This document shows positions 47,655-58,583 of a stretch of DNA of 64,000 nt, piece after piece. Source of the stretch: Bacteroidota bacterium (GTDB lineage: Bacteria > Bacteroidota > Bacteroidia > UKL13-3); the NCBI GenBank assembly GCA_040388375.1, contig JAZKBU010000007.1, positions 3,263 to 67,262 of the forward strand. The letters run 5' to 3'. The notes beneath the pieces are model-generated. The model searched no databases, had not been told where the DNA came from, and was given only the letters and a program-made list of their open reading frames with translations. The number at the start of each line of letters is the position of its first letter. The first letter of the stretch is position 1. The position numbers were made by a program, and so were the translations under genes.

Positions 47655-48980
47655 CTAATTGCTTCGGTTAATATAAGCCATTAAGTCGCCACTTATTCTC
47701 ATCAACTCTATTTCCGCCAGTTTTGCATCGTAGGTAGCACTTAAATAGCGGTTATTACTTAATAATAAATTTTGTTGTGCATCCCTTAACTCCAGCGAAG
47801 TAATAGTTCCTACTTTGTATTGTTCATCTGTAATGCTAAAGTTTTGCGTTACAATAGATACATTTTCCTTTTCGAATTGCACCAGTTGGTTATTTAACGT
47901 ATACGTATTATACGATTGCTGTAAGTTGTTTTGCAGTTTTGCTAACGAATCCTTATACACTAGCTCGCTTGATTTTAAAGTGATTTTAGCATTCTGTAAA
48001 CGCTTATTTACATCAAAACCATTAAACAAATTAATATTAAGCGCAGCTCCATAATGAAAACCTAAGTTTTGCGATGACTGTAAAAAGCCGGCTTCCGAGG
48101 TTTGTTTACTATAATTATAACCACTTTTTAATTGCACCGTAGGCATACGTTCTGCATTTATTTCCTGTATAGCCAAAGCATTTACCTGCTGGGTTCTTTT
48201 AGCTGCCAATACATCGGCATTTTGAGCCATTACTTTTGTTTGCAAATCAGTTAGCTTTAGTTCTGCATTCAAGGCAATCGAATCAGGTACATCAAAATCA
48301 GTACTCACATCTCTGGCCAATAATTGGTTTAAATTGTTCTTACTGTTTTTAAATTTAATCTCTTGTTTCATCAGGTTTGATTTATCAGTATTTAAATCAA
48401 CCTTAGCCTTCAATACTTCATTAAGCGAAGCCTTACCGGCATCATATTTGTCTTGTGCCAACTGAACCCTTTTTTCAGAAATAGTTAAAGCACTTTTATT
48501 TACATTGGTTTGTTGTTTAGCCAATACTACATCATAATAGGCTCTTATTACCCTGGTGAAATTTTGTTCAATTTGCGAACGCATTCTTAATTCACCTATA
48601 TTTTGTAACTCGTTTAATTTGCTTTTAGTGGCAAACATTTTTAAACCATCAAAAATAGTCCAGCCCAATTCAACGTTGGCCGCTAACTGACTACTTTTTG
48701 CCCCATCCTTGTTGTTTTCAGTACCATTTAAAAACTGTTGTTGGGTATTAATTACCTGATTGTCCTGAAGGGCAGTTCCAGCTACATTGGGTAACATTCC
48801 TGCTGCCCCAATGCGGTTATTGTTCTTGCTCAGTTCAGCTTCGTTTTTAGCCAGTTGAATAGCATAGTTATTGCTTAATGCAATAGTTAAAACATCGCTT
48901 AAATTCAATACCTGTTGGGCTTTACTTATGTTAGCATTGCCAATAAAATAAATGAGAAATAATACAATATACTTATTCAT
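47655..48980 (-). CDS. TolC-family outer membrane efflux protein
   Basis: Signal peptide. Two repeated alpha/beta halves rich in Q/N/L coiled-coil segments. Last gene of the RND operon. Confidence 0.85.
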   Translation of the reverse strand: MNKYIVLFLIYFIGNANISKAQQVLNLSDVLTIALSNNYAIQLAKNEAELSKNNNRIGAAGMLPNVAGTALQDNQVINTQQQFLNGTENNKDGAKSSQLAANVELGWTIFDGLKMFATKSKLNELQNIGELRMRSQIEQNFTRVIRAYYDVVLAKQQTNVNKSALTISEKRVQLAQDKYDAGKASLNEVLKAKVDLNTDKSNLMKQEIKFKNSKNNLNQLLARDVSTDFDVPDSIALNAELKLTDLQTKVMAQNADVLAAKRTQQVNALAIQEINAERMPTVQLKSGYNYSKQTSEAGFLQSSQNLGFHYGAALNINLFNGFDVNKRLQNAKITLKSSELVYKDSLAKLQNNLQQSYNTYTLNNQLVQFEKENVSIVTQNFSITDEQYKVGTITSLELRDAQQNLLLSNNRYLSATYDAKLAEIELMRISGDLMAYINRSN

Positions 48981-51900
48981 GATTCGATTCTTCTTTTAAT
49001 TCGTTAGCGTTACCTTTTTGCTCTTTCGACATAAAACTATAAATAGCCGGTATTACATACAGCGTTAAAAAACCACTAAACAATAATCCGCCAATAATTA
49101 CTATACCCATTGAAACCCTGCTTTTAGCTCCGGCTCCTAAAGCTAAAGCAATAGGTAAAGCACCTAAAATAGTAGCCAAGCTGGTCATCATAATGGGTCT
49201 TAGCCTTGAAACAGCAGAGTCAATAGCTGAATCAAATACCTTTTTACCCAAATGTTTTTGATGGTTGGCAAACTCAACAATTAATATCCCGTTTTTAGTT
49301 ACCAAACCTATTAGTACAATAATGCCTATTTGCCCGAAAATGTTAAAGGTTTGGTTAAAATACCAAAGCGAGAGTAGGGCTCCTGCCAAAGCCATTGGAA
49401 CAGTAAGCATAATAATTAAAGGGTCAACAAAACTTTCAAACTGAGCTGCCAAAACCAGATAAACCAATACCAGTGCCAGCACCAATGCAAAAGTGGTATT
49501 TGATGAGCTTTCGGAAAAATCGCGCGAAGGTCCGGTTAATGCAGTAGTAAATGATTCATCCAAAACTTTTTTGGCTATTTTATCCATTTCCTTAATACCA
49601 TCGCCAATTGTTTTACCCGGTGCTAAACCCGCCTGTACAGTAGCTGCCTTATAACGGTTATAATGGTATAGTTGAGGTGGACTACTGCGTTCTTCTACTT
49701 TCAATAAGTTATCCAGTTGCACTATCTGTCCTTTGTCGTTTCTTACAAATAACGATTTTAAATCAAGTGGTTCATCACGATTGCCCCTGTCTACTTGTCC
49801 TACCACCTGGTATTGTTTTCCATTCATGGTAAAATAACCGTAACGTAAACCACTGTATGACAGTTGTAAGGTTTGTGCTACACTTTGAATGCTCACGCCT
49901 AAACTTTTGGCTTTATCCCTGTCAATAGTTACCACCAGTTCAGGCTTATTAAACTTTAAGTTTACATCAATACCCTGAAAGGTTTTGTTGTTATTTACCT
50001 CTTCCATAAACTTTGGTAAAAAGGTTTGTATTTTTTCAAAGCTTTGGTTTTGCAATATGTATTGCACAGGAAGCCCGGCTCTTGAGCCTCCTGAACCATT
50101 AATGGTTTGATCCTGTATTACAAATGTTCTAGCATCAGGATAAGCTTTTAAGTTTTGAGTAATATAATCAGCTATTTCCTGTTGCGTTCTTTGTCTGCTA
50201 TCCGGAGGACCTAATAAAATACGTGTGAAACCCGTATTTACGGCACCACTCCCAATAAATCCTGGAGCCGTAACTGATAACATAACCCTTTTTTCATCCA
50301 CAGAGTCCATAACCATTTGACCTATTTTATCCTGAAAATCTTCCATGAACTCATACGAAGCACCTTCAGGAGCAGTACTGCTGATACGCATTACACTTCT
50401 GTCGTCTAATGGTGATAACTCAGATGGTATATTAATCCAAATCAAAACAATCAAAACAAACGAAGCCAATACAATAACCCAGGCCAACCATCTTTTATGC
50501 ATAAAACTAGTTAATGATTTTCTATAAGCCTCGTTTAACCATTCAAAAAATGGCTCGGTAGCATGGTAAAATTTGCTTCTCTTTTTTGCATCTTTTCTGG
50601 TCAGAACCACGTTTAACATAGGTGTTAGCGTTAACGATACAAAAGCTGAAATCAATACCGCACCCGCTACCACCACACCAAATTCCCTGAATAAACGGCC
50701 AACAAATCCTTGCATGAAAATAACAGGTAAGAATACAACAGCAAGTGTAATAGAGGTAGAAACAACGGCAAAGAAAATTTCATTAGAACCTTTAATGGCT
50801 GCTTCGCGAGGTGATAAACCTTCTTCTATTTTTTTGAAAATATTTTCAGTTACCACAATTCCGTCATCAACCACCAAGCCCGTTGCCAGCACTATAGCTA
50901 ATAAGGTTAATATATTAATAGAAAAACCCGCCAGATACATAATAAAGAAAGCCCCTATTAACGATACAGGTATGTCAATTAAAGGCCTGAAAGCAATCAA
51001 CCAATCCCTAAAAAACAGGAAAATAATAAACACTACCAATATAAAAGCTATCAATAAAGTTTCTTTTACTTCCGTAATCGAAGTTTTTATAAAACCAGTA
51101 TTGTCAATAGCTATATCCAGTTTAAAGTCTTTTGGAACTTCTTTTTTTATTTGCTCATAACGTTTGTAAAACTCATCCGCTATTTCAATATAATTAGCTC
51201 CCGGTTGAGGTACAATGCCAAGCCCTATCATAGGTACACCCGATTCCTTTAAAATAGTTTCTTCATTTTCAGCTCCAATAATAGCATTACCAATATCCTT
51301 TAGTTTAATGGTTTGGTTATTATCCGACTTAATAATAAGGTTGTTAAACTCATCTTCAGTTGCAAATCTACCTACTGTTTTTACTGTTAATTCCGTATTG
51401 TTTCCTTCAATTTTTCCGCCCGGTAATTCAACATTTTCTTTATCCAAAGCATTTTTTATATCCAAAGGAGTTAATCCGAATGAGGCCATTTTAATAGGAT
51501 CTAACCAAAGACGCATAGCATATTTCTTTTGCCCCCAAATTTGAATAGTACTAACACCCGGAATAGTTTGTAACTTCTCCAATAATACATTCTCAGCATA
51601 GTCACTTACCATTAATTGGTTTTTAGTATCACTCTGAACAGTTAATGAAATTATAGCATCAGAGTTAGCATCAGCTTTACTCACTACGGGCGGAGCATCA
51701 ATATCTTGCGGTAATTGACGTACTGCCTGAGAAACTTTATCGCGTACATCATTGGTAGCACTTTCTAAATCTGCATCCAAATTAAACTCAACAGTAATAC
51801 TGCTTGTTCCTAAATTACTAGCTGATGAAATAGAACGAATACCTGCAATACCATTAATAGCTTTTTCTAAAGGTTCCGTTATTTGCGACTCTATAATATC

Positions 51901-52068
51901 AGCATTAGCCCCCGTATAACTTGTTCTAACGGTTATAACTGGTGGGTCTATGGATGGGTATTCTCTTATACCTAAAAAGGTGTAACCAATAATGCCAAAT
52001 AAAACAATAATGATTGACATTACTGTGGCTAATACCGGTCTGTTTATACTTATTGAACTTAAACTCAT
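48973..52068 (-). CDS. RND efflux transporter permease (AcrB/HAE1-like)
   Basis: 1031 aa with 12-TM architecture and two large periplasmic loops. Conserved TM4 region. Confidence 0.95.
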   Translation of the reverse strand: MSLSSISINRPVLATVMSIIIVLFGIIGYTFLGIREYPSIDPPVITVRTSYTGANADIIESQITEPLEKAINGIAGIRSISSASNLGTSSITVEFNLDADLESATNDVRDKVSQAVRQLPQDIDAPPVVSKADANSDAIISLTVQSDTKNQLMVSDYAENVLLEKLQTIPGVSTIQIWGQKKYAMRLWLDPIKMASFGLTPLDIKNALDKENVELPGGKIEGNNTELTVKTVGRFATEDEFNNLIIKSDNNQTIKLKDIGNAIIGAENEETILKESGVPMIGLGIVPQPGANYIEIADEFYKRYEQIKKEVPKDFKLDIAIDNTGFIKTSITEVKETLLIAFILVVFIIFLFFRDWLIAFRPLIDIPVSLIGAFFIMYLAGFSINILTLLAIVLATGLVVDDGIVVTENIFKKIEEGLSPREAAIKGSNEIFFAVVSTSITLAVVFLPVIFMQGFVGRLFREFGVVVAGAVLISAFVSLTLTPMLNVVLTRKDAKKRSKFYHATEPFFEWLNEAYRKSLTSFMHKRWLAWVIVLASFVLIVLIWINIPSELSPLDDRSVMRISSTAPEGASYEFMEDFQDKIGQMVMDSVDEKRVMLSVTAPGFIGSGAVNTGFTRILLGPPDSRQRTQQEIADYITQNLKAYPDARTFVIQDQTINGSGGSRAGLPVQYILQNQSFEKIQTFLPKFMEEVNNNKTFQGIDVNLKFNKPELVVTIDRDKAKSLGVSIQSVAQTLQLSYSGLRYGYFTMNGKQYQVVGQVDRGNRDEPLDLKSLFVRNDKGQIVQLDNLLKVEERSSPPQLYHYNRYKAATVQAGLAPGKTIGDGIKEMDKIAKKVLDESFTTALTGPSRDFSESSSNTTFALVLALVLVYLVLAAQFESFVDPLIIMLTVPMALAGALLSLWYFNQTFNIFGQIGIIVLIGLVTKNGILIVEFANHQKHLGKKVFDSAIDSAVSRLRPIMMTSLATILGALPIALALGAGAKSRVSMGIVIIGGLLFSGFLTLYVIPAIYSFMSKEQKGNANELKEESNHE

Positions 52069-52087
52069 TTTTTATTTGGTGTAAATT

Positions 52088-53152
52088 TTATGGTTTGGTA
52101 ACTTTTACTTTGGCGCCTTTTTTCATTTGTATTACGCCTTGCACTATTACACTATCATTTTCATTTAATCCGTCAATTACCTCAACAGTTAAATCATTTC
52201 TGTTTCCAATGGTTACCTGTTTCTCAATAGCAGAGTCACCTTGTATTAAAAATACTTTCTGTCCTTTTAAAATTGGAACAATAGCTTGAGTTGGGATTAA
52301 TAAGGCATCAGGGTTACTATCCAACGTAATGTTTACTTTGGCAAAAGCACCCGGCAGTAACTTTTTATTAGTGTTATTACAGATAGCTCTGGCAATTACA
52401 TTTCTGTTAACGGGGTCTATTTTTGGGTCAATGGCATATATTTTTGCAGTAAAGGTTTCTTTTTGTCCTTCTACAGTAAAGTTAATAAGCATACCGTTTC
52501 TTATTTTAGAAGTGTACTTTTCAGGAATGGCAAACTCAATTTTAACCTGATCGATATTTTGTAAATGACTAATAGTAATTGTATTGTTAATAAAGCTTCC
52601 TTCACTAATATTTCTCAACCCTATCAATCCATTGAAGGGAGCTATAATTTCGGTGCGTCTGATTTGTTCTTTCAATAAATCAATATCAGCATTAATACTG
52701 TTTAAGTCAGTTAACGATAAGTCGTAGGCTTCAGTGCTGATAGCTCCTTTGGCTAAAAGTTGTTTGTTCCTTTTTTCAGTTTCATCCTTTAGCTTTTTAG
52801 TTGATAAAGCCTTTTTCAATTGTGCCTGCAAGTCAGCATCGTTAATTTTTACTAACCATTGTCCTTTGTGTACTTGTTGCCCTTCGTTAAAGTTTATTTT
52901 TACAACCTTACCCTGTGTTTCACTTTTTAAATCAACCTCTTCATTGGCTAAAATATTTCCAACGGTTTGAATGCTATTATTTAAAACACTTTTCTTCACT
53001 ACATAAATACCAACACTTACCGGAGCAGCAGGTCCTTTCTTTTTGCCGTTATTAGCTGTCTGTGCTGATTTGCTTGATGATATTTTAAATAGGGTCAATA
53101 ATGCAATGATTGCAATAATGACTATCGTCCAGATTATTTGTCTTTTATTCAT
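52088..53152 (-). CDS. RND efflux periplasmic adaptor (membrane fusion protein, HlyD family)
   Basis: N-terminal anchor, coiled-coil hairpin, lipoyl and beta-barrel modules. Confidence 0.9.
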   Translation of the reverse strand: MNKRQIIWTIVIIAIIALLTLFKISSSKSAQTANNGKKKGPAAPVSVGIYVVKKSVLNNSIQTVGNILANEEVDLKSETQGKVVKINFNEGQQVHKGQWLVKINDADLQAQLKKALSTKKLKDETEKRNKQLLAKGAISTEAYDLSLTDLNSINADIDLLKEQIRRTEIIAPFNGLIGLRNISEGSFINNTITISHLQNIDQVKIEFAIPEKYTSKIRNGMLINFTVEGQKETFTAKIYAIDPKIDPVNRNVIARAICNNTNKKLLPGAFAKVNITLDSNPDALLIPTQAIVPILKGQKVFLIQGDSAIEKQVTIGNRNDLTVEVIDGLNENDSVIVQGVIQMKKGAKVKVTKP

Positions 53153-53157
53153 GTCTT

Positions 53158-53670
53158 TTATTTTCTTTTTTCAATCTTTAATTCGTATTTGTTAGCAGGT
53201 AGTTTACCAAGGTTATCTAACATTCTATTGGTAAGGTCATAAAATGTGGTTTTTTCCTTTTCTGTAAAGCCATCGAATGCCGCTTTATTGATATCTATAA
53301 ATACTTGGCTAATTTTTGGAGCAAATTTTAAAGTTTTTTTAGTGGCTACAATTCTGTGTTCACGCCTGTCTTTTGGGTTTATTTCTCTTTTAACCAAGCC
53401 TTTTTCCGAGAGGTAATCAATAACACGTACTATCATTGCTTTGTCAATACCAAAGTATTTTGCCAAACATTGTTGGGTCATGTTTTCATTTTTACTAACC
53501 AGACTTAGTAAAAGAAAATACTTGTCCAGGTTAATATCTTCAAACTGTTTTGAGGCTACTCCATAATACGTTTTAGCTAATGTTTTAAACCCAAAGTAAA
53601 GAGGAGTTTCTTCATCGGCAAAAGGAGCCAGCGGTAATTCTCGTGTAGTTTTCATAATTGAAGGGCACAA
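53158..53670 (-). CDS. MarR family transcriptional regulator (first gene of the efflux operon)
   Basis: Winged-helix core (LLSLVSKNENMTQQCLAKYFGIDKAMIVRVIDYLSEKGLVKRE...DRREHRI). Confidence 0.85.
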   Translation of the reverse strand: MCPSIMKTTRELPLAPFADEETPLYFGFKTLAKTYYGVASKQFEDINLDKYFLLLSLVSKNENMTQQCLAKYFGIDKAMIVRVIDYLSEKGLVKREINPKDRREHRIVATKKTLKFAPKISQVFIDINKAAFDGFTEKEKTTFYDLTNRMLDNLGKLPANKYELKIEKRK

Positions 53671-53699
53671 ATATAGTTGTTTCTGTCAATAGTTGATTT

Positions 53700-53716
53700 A
53701 ATCAACTAATTTTTAC
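53700..53716. promoter_or_regulatory. Perfect 8-1-8 palindrome AGTTGATT-T-AATCAACT, 30 bp upstream of marR (candidate MarR operator)
   Basis: Read directly. The arms are reverse complements. Confidence 0.45.
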
Positions 53717-53813
53717 AAAACGATGAATATTTAAATTATTTTAACAATTATCTTTTATTCAAATAATTTATGTATAAGTTTGCACTTACCAAAAAATCGG
53801 ATATATTTTCATT

Positions 53814-54179
53814 ATGAGAGATGCAGGCGTTTATACACAGCTTTGGAAGAAATACCTTCCTATAATCAGAATTTTACTAAAAAAAACTGAGGATAGTGAT
53901 CAAAAATTACAAATTTACAAACATGAATTTGTTTCTACCGGAGCTAAAAATAAATTAGGCTATATCTTTAACTTAGAGCTTGTAAACGGTAAAGCAATCA
54001 ATAAATCAAATTCAACAGCTCCTGCCTTTGATTTATTAAACTTAATGAACGATAATGAACTTATTGCTCAATGGTTAAAAGAAAAAAGTGTTAAAATTAG
54101 TGTAAATAAAGCCTGTGAGTTAAACTTACAGCTTATTCAAAAAGCAGAAGTGCCAGAAGTAGTTGAAGCTGCTATGTAA
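53814..54179 (+). CDS. Hypothetical protein (121 aa)
   Basis: ORF only. No motif recognised. Confidence 0.4.
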   Translation: MRDAGVYTQLWKKYLPIIRILLKKTEDSDQKLQIYKHEFVSTGAKNKLGYIFNLELVNGKAINKSNSTAPAFDLLNLMNDNELIAQWLKEKSVKISVNKACELNLQLIQKAEVPEVVEAAM

Positions 54180-54185
54180 ACTTAT

Positions 54186-54842
54186 TTAGTCTTTAATATA
54201 AGAACTTTTAGCTCCCTGGTATTTACCTTGGGCTAAAAGTTTTTTCATTTTTAGGAGGGTGTTATACGGGCCATCAACCAAAAATAAATTAATCAGCCAA
54301 ACAGGAATATTACCTCCCGGATTTACATACAAATAATATTCACCTTCCACTATTCCGTTTGCTTTTGGTGTAAATGTCCAGCTTGCTTTTAAGGCAGGTA
54401 CTTCTACCATGTCAGCTTTTGGAGGTAATAAGCCAAGTATATTACTTGATTGTATAACCACTGTTTTATTTGAGGCCTGCCTTATTTTGTAGTAAATAAC
54501 CACATATCTATTAGCCACTGGCCAGGGTGCTTCCGTTTCCTGATAATAATACAATTCAGAATCATTCACATTTCTGATGATATAAGCACTTTTGCATCTT
54601 TCAATGTATTGTTCATGTATAGCAATGTCTTTTACAAAAGCTACTAAACCGTTTAAATTGGAATTAAAATTAGTCACTGCTTTTATTTCATTAATGGCGT
54701 AGTTGTTATTCTTTTTTACATAAATCTTTATATTATTCTGGTCTTTTTTCAACTCCCAACGGTCATTATTATCACGTACATTTTGCGAAGTAAAACCAAA
54801 GCAACATACTAGGATGACAGGTACTAAAATCTTATGGTACAA
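54186..54842 (-). CDS. Secreted START/Bet-v1-like (lipid-binding fold) protein
   Basis: Signal peptide. About 200-aa domain with the hydrophobic-pocket pattern of START/SRPBCC. Weak assignment. Confidence 0.45.
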   Translation of the reverse strand: MYHKILVPVILVCCFGFTSQNVRDNNDRWELKKDQNNIKIYVKKNNNYAINEIKAVTNFNSNLNGLVAFVKDIAIHEQYIERCKSAYIIRNVNDSELYYYQETEAPWPVANRYVVIYYKIRQASNKTVVIQSSNILGLLPPKADMVEVPALKASWTFTPKANGIVEGEYYLYVNPGGNIPVWLINLFLVDGPYNTLLKMKKLLAQGKYQGAKSSYIKD

Positions 54843-55183
54843 TTTTTTAAATTAATTAAGTGTATACAATTTAGTTATTGATTCTATTAAGTAGCTAATT
54901 TATTTTAGCTAAATAAGCCTTATTTTGTTGTATTTTATCCAAAATCCCTTTAATTGCAACTGCTAGTTTGAGTAATTAGCTGTTTTAGTGGTTGTTTTTT
55001 TAGTTTCAATGATTTTATTTTTTTAATCAGTTTAGACAAGAACTTGAGTAGAATATTTAAAAGACATCATGGGGCAATTAACACGATATCTTCTGAAACA
55101 GTATTTATAATTTATATTGACCAATACTTTAAATGAGAATAGAATAATTCTATTAATAAACGAATATTAGCAATAAACAATTA

Positions 55184-58100
55184 ATGACAAATATTAATAC
55201 TGAATTATCCCTATTTGATAAGGCCTTAAAGGAGACATTATTTAGTAGTTTTGAACATCCATTTGTAATCATTAATGAATATTACGAAATACAGAGTATA
55301 CACGGAAATATAGAGTTGTTTTTACCCCCTACCTATTACAACAATAATTTATTAGAAATAGTTAATAGTAGTTTACAAACAGAAGTAAGCTCCATTACTT
55401 CACGCGCTATCAAAGAGCAAAAAGATACTAAAAGCGCTATTAAAAAAATAAACATAACAGGTAGTACTTATTATATACAATTATCAGTTAAAGTTTTATT
55501 GTTAAATGGCGTCAAGACAAAATTATTTATGGTAATTTTTGAAGAGGTTTTTTTTGATGATTTAGAACTTGACACCGTTAAGAACTCATTAGATTTAATC
55601 GTTAATCCACATTCAGTAGCCGAAAGACATATTACCGAAGAAAAATACAAAGCGTTTATTGAAAACTCAATGAGTGCCTTTTTATTGACCAAACCTGATG
55701 GAACAATTTTAGAAGTAAATAATGCGGCTATTGAAATATTTGGCTATTCAGAAGAAGAGCTTAAACAAAATGCCTGTCAAAATATAATTGACCATGACGA
55801 CCCACAGTTTTCAAAATTACTGGAAGCCCAATTTAAAAAAGGAAGAATAAAAGGAGAAGCCATTGGCATTAGAAAAAACGGAGAATATTTTCCTGTGGAG
55901 TTTTCTTCAGTTGTATTCAAAGATTTTGTTACAGGTGAAGATAGAATTAGTAAAGTAATAACAGATATTTCTGAAATTAGAAAAACAGAAAGAATGTTGG
56001 AAGAAAGTAGTAAAGTGGGGAGGATAGGGGGATGGGAATTGGATTTGTTCCACAATACACTTTATTGGAGTGAGGTAACAAAAGAAATTCATGAAGTACC
56101 TAGTGATTTTGTTCCCAATTTAGAAACAGCAGTCAATTTTTATAAAGAAGGATATAATAGAAAAACGATTAATAGGTTATTGAAAGAGGCCGTAGACAAA
56201 GGCTCTTCTTTTGATATTGAATTGAAAATTGTTACCATTAAGCAAAGAGAATGTTGGATTAGGGTAAAAGGAGAAGCGGAATTTAGAAATGGAAAGTGTT
56301 CCCGTTTATTTGGAATTTTTCAGGATATAGATAAACAAAAAATAATACAAGAGAAATTAGAAATTAGCCAGCAAGAATACAAATCACTATACGAACAGAA
56401 TCCGGCAGCCGTTTTTTCCGTTAATTTAGAGGGTGAGTTTATTAGCGCTAATGATGTTTTTGCACAAAAAGCAGATTGTACCAAAGAAGAAATTTTAAAT
56501 AGTAATTTCAATAAATTTATCCATCAGGATGATTTAGCCCGTGTAAGTACCTATTTTGATGATGCTAAAAAGGGCGCGGTTAGCGAAGCTGAAATAAGGA
56601 TAATCAATGCGAAGCAAAAAGAAATACTCATAGCCTTAATAGTTTTACCTATTATAGTTAACAATAAAATTACGGGAGTATATGGAATTGCTAACGATAT
56701 AACGGCTGATAAATTAATTCGTCAATCTATTGAAAAAGCTAAAAACGATTTAACTAAAATTATGTCCGCTTCTCAGGATATTATTTGCACCATTGATAGA
56801 GAAGGGAAATTTGTTTTATTAAATAAAGCGGCAGAACATATACTTGGTTTTCCAATTGATTATTTAAAAGGAAAATCATACAACGAGTTTGTTTATGAGG
56901 CTGATATAGCAGACACTGAAAAATCAATGTTTTTGATTATGAATGGTCAGTTGGCTTCTAATTTCGAAAACAGGTATATCAGGATAGACGGAACAATGGT
57001 TCCATTATCGTGGTCAGCCAGATGGGACTCAACTGACCAGTTAATGTATTGTGTTGCACGTGATGTAACCCAAAAGAAAAAGGCCGAGGAGGAAATAATA
57101 AAAAGCAACGAGCGCTTTGAATATGTTACACAAGCTACGTTTGATGCCATTTGGGATTGGGACATAGTGAATGATTTAATATATTGGGGAAGTGGTTTTA
57201 AAACATTATTCGGTTATTCCAATATCAATGAATTTGTAAAAGGAAATGAGTGGAAGAACAGAATTTACAAAGACGATATAAAAAATGTAATACAATCATT
57301 AGATACTTTTTTACAAGGAAGAGAGTTAAACTGGACCTATGAATATAAGTATTTAAAAGCCGATGGAACTTATGCTTACGTATTAGATAAAGCCATTGCA
57401 GTGAGAGATGCAGCAGGTAATGCCATTCGTATGATTGGTGCTATGCAGGATTTAACCAAACAAAAACAAGAAGAGCATAGGCTTAAATTATTAGAATCAG
57501 TAATTATTAATGCCAAAGACGGTGTAATAATACTAGAGGACGAATTCAGTGCAAATGCAAGTAAAAAAATTATATATGTAAATGATGCACTTTGTAAAAT
57601 AACTGGCTATTCAAAAGAAGAACTGATAGGATGTAGTCCCAACATATTTCAGGGTTTTAATACCGATAAAAAAGAAATAGAGCGTGTAAAAAAAGCAATG
57701 AATGATTGGCAACCAGTAGAAGCCGAAGTAATTAATTATAGAAAAAATGGTGAAGAGTTCTGGATGAATTTCTCCATTGTACCTATAGCAAATGAAACAG
57801 GTAAATATACACATTGGATTGCAATAGAAAGAGATGTAACAGCAAGGAAAACATCAGAGGAAGAGAAAGAACATTTACTAAAAGAGTTAACCCAAAATAA
57901 CAAAGAACTTAAACAGTTTTCTTATATTACTTCCCATAACATGAGGGCTCCATTAACCAATTTATTGGCTATTTTCGATATTTTAGATTTATCTAAAATT
58001 ACAGATATGGAGACAAAAGTTTTATTAGATGCTATGAAAACATCAACGTATCACTTAAATGAAACTTTAAATGATTTGATAAAAATCCTCATTATAAAAG

Positions 58101-58567
58101 AAAATACAAACCAGGATGTAGAGGAAATATATTTTAGTGATTCAGTACGGGCAGTAACCAAATCAATAGATTCACTATTGAAAAATGCCAAAGCAAGTAT
58201 AAAAAGTAACTTTAGTAAAGCAGAAAAAGTAAACTTTAACAAGAGTTATTTAGAAAGTATATTTTTAAATTTAATTACCAATTCAATTAAATATGCTCAC
58301 CCGGATAGAAGGACCCAAATGAGCATTACTACCACTACTATCAATAATACCATAGAACTTGTTTTTACAGACAACGGATTAGGCTTTGATAATGAAAAAG
58401 TGAAGGGTAAAATTTTTGGATTGTATCAAAAATTCCATAGCCATCCCGACAGTAAAGGGATTGGTTTATATTTGGTATATTCGCAGGTGACTTCTTTGGG
58501 CGGGAATATTAAAGTAAGCAGTAAAGAAAATGAAGGCACCACTTTTACAATAACATTTTTAAATTAA
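55184..58567 (+). CDS. Multi-PAS/PAC sensor histidine kinase (paralog 1)
   Basis: At least five PAS/PAC modules, then a HisKA-like 'ELKQFSYITSHNMRAPLTNLLAIF' and a HATPase_c (DNGLGFDNEKVKGKIFGLYQKFHSHPDSKGIGLYLV). Confidence 0.85.
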   Translation: MTNINTELSLFDKALKETLFSSFEHPFVIINEYYEIQSIHGNIELFLPPTYYNNNLLEIVNSSLQTEVSSITSRAIKEQKDTKSAIKKINITGSTYYIQLSVKVLLLNGVKTKLFMVIFEEVFFDDLELDTVKNSLDLIVNPHSVAERHITEEKYKAFIENSMSAFLLTKPDGTILEVNNAAIEIFGYSEEELKQNACQNIIDHDDPQFSKLLEAQFKKGRIKGEAIGIRKNGEYFPVEFSSVVFKDFVTGEDRISKVITDISEIRKTERMLEESSKVGRIGGWELDLFHNTLYWSEVTKEIHEVPSDFVPNLETAVNFYKEGYNRKTINRLLKEAVDKGSSFDIELKIVTIKQRECWIRVKGEAEFRNGKCSRLFGIFQDIDKQKIIQEKLEISQQEYKSLYEQNPAAVFSVNLEGEFISANDVFAQKADCTKEEILNSNFNKFIHQDDLARVSTYFDDAKKGAVSEAEIRIINAKQKEILIALIVLPIIVNNKITGVYGIANDITADKLIRQSIEKAKNDLTKIMSASQDIICTIDREGKFVLLNKAAEHILGFPIDYLKGKSYNEFVYEADIADTEKSMFLIMNGQLASNFENRYIRIDGTMVPLSWSARWDSTDQLMYCVARDVTQKKKAEEEIIKSNERFEYVTQATFDAIWDWDIVNDLIYWGSGFKTLFGYSNINEFVKGNEWKNRIYKDDIKNVIQSLDTFLQGRELNWTYEYKYLKADGTYAYVLDKAIAVRDAAGNAIRMIGAMQDLTKQKQEEHRLKLLESVIINAKDGVIILEDEFSANASKKIIYVNDALCKITGYSKEELIGCSPNIFQGFNTDKKEIERVKKAMNDWQPVEAEVINYRKNGEEFWMNFSIVPIANETGKYTHWIAIERDVTARKTSEEEKEHLLKELTQNNKELKQFSYITSHNMRAPLTNLLAIFDILDLSKITDMETKVLLDAMKTSTYHLNETLNDLIKILIIKENTNQDVEEIYFSDSVRAVTKSIDSLLKNAKASIKSNFSKAEKVNFNKSYLESIFLNLITNSIKYAHPDRRTQMSITTTTINNTIELVFTDNGLGFDNEKVKGKIFGLYQKFHSHPDSKGIGLYLVYSQVTSLGGNIKVSSKENEGTTFTITFLN

Positions 58568-58583
58568 CAACAAATAGACCAAT

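Noticed and set aside
50345-51544. Plus-strand ORFs (60-195 aa) inside the RND pump gene
   Set aside because: Antisense to a 1031-aa AcrB-family gene. Low-complexity translations with no domain.
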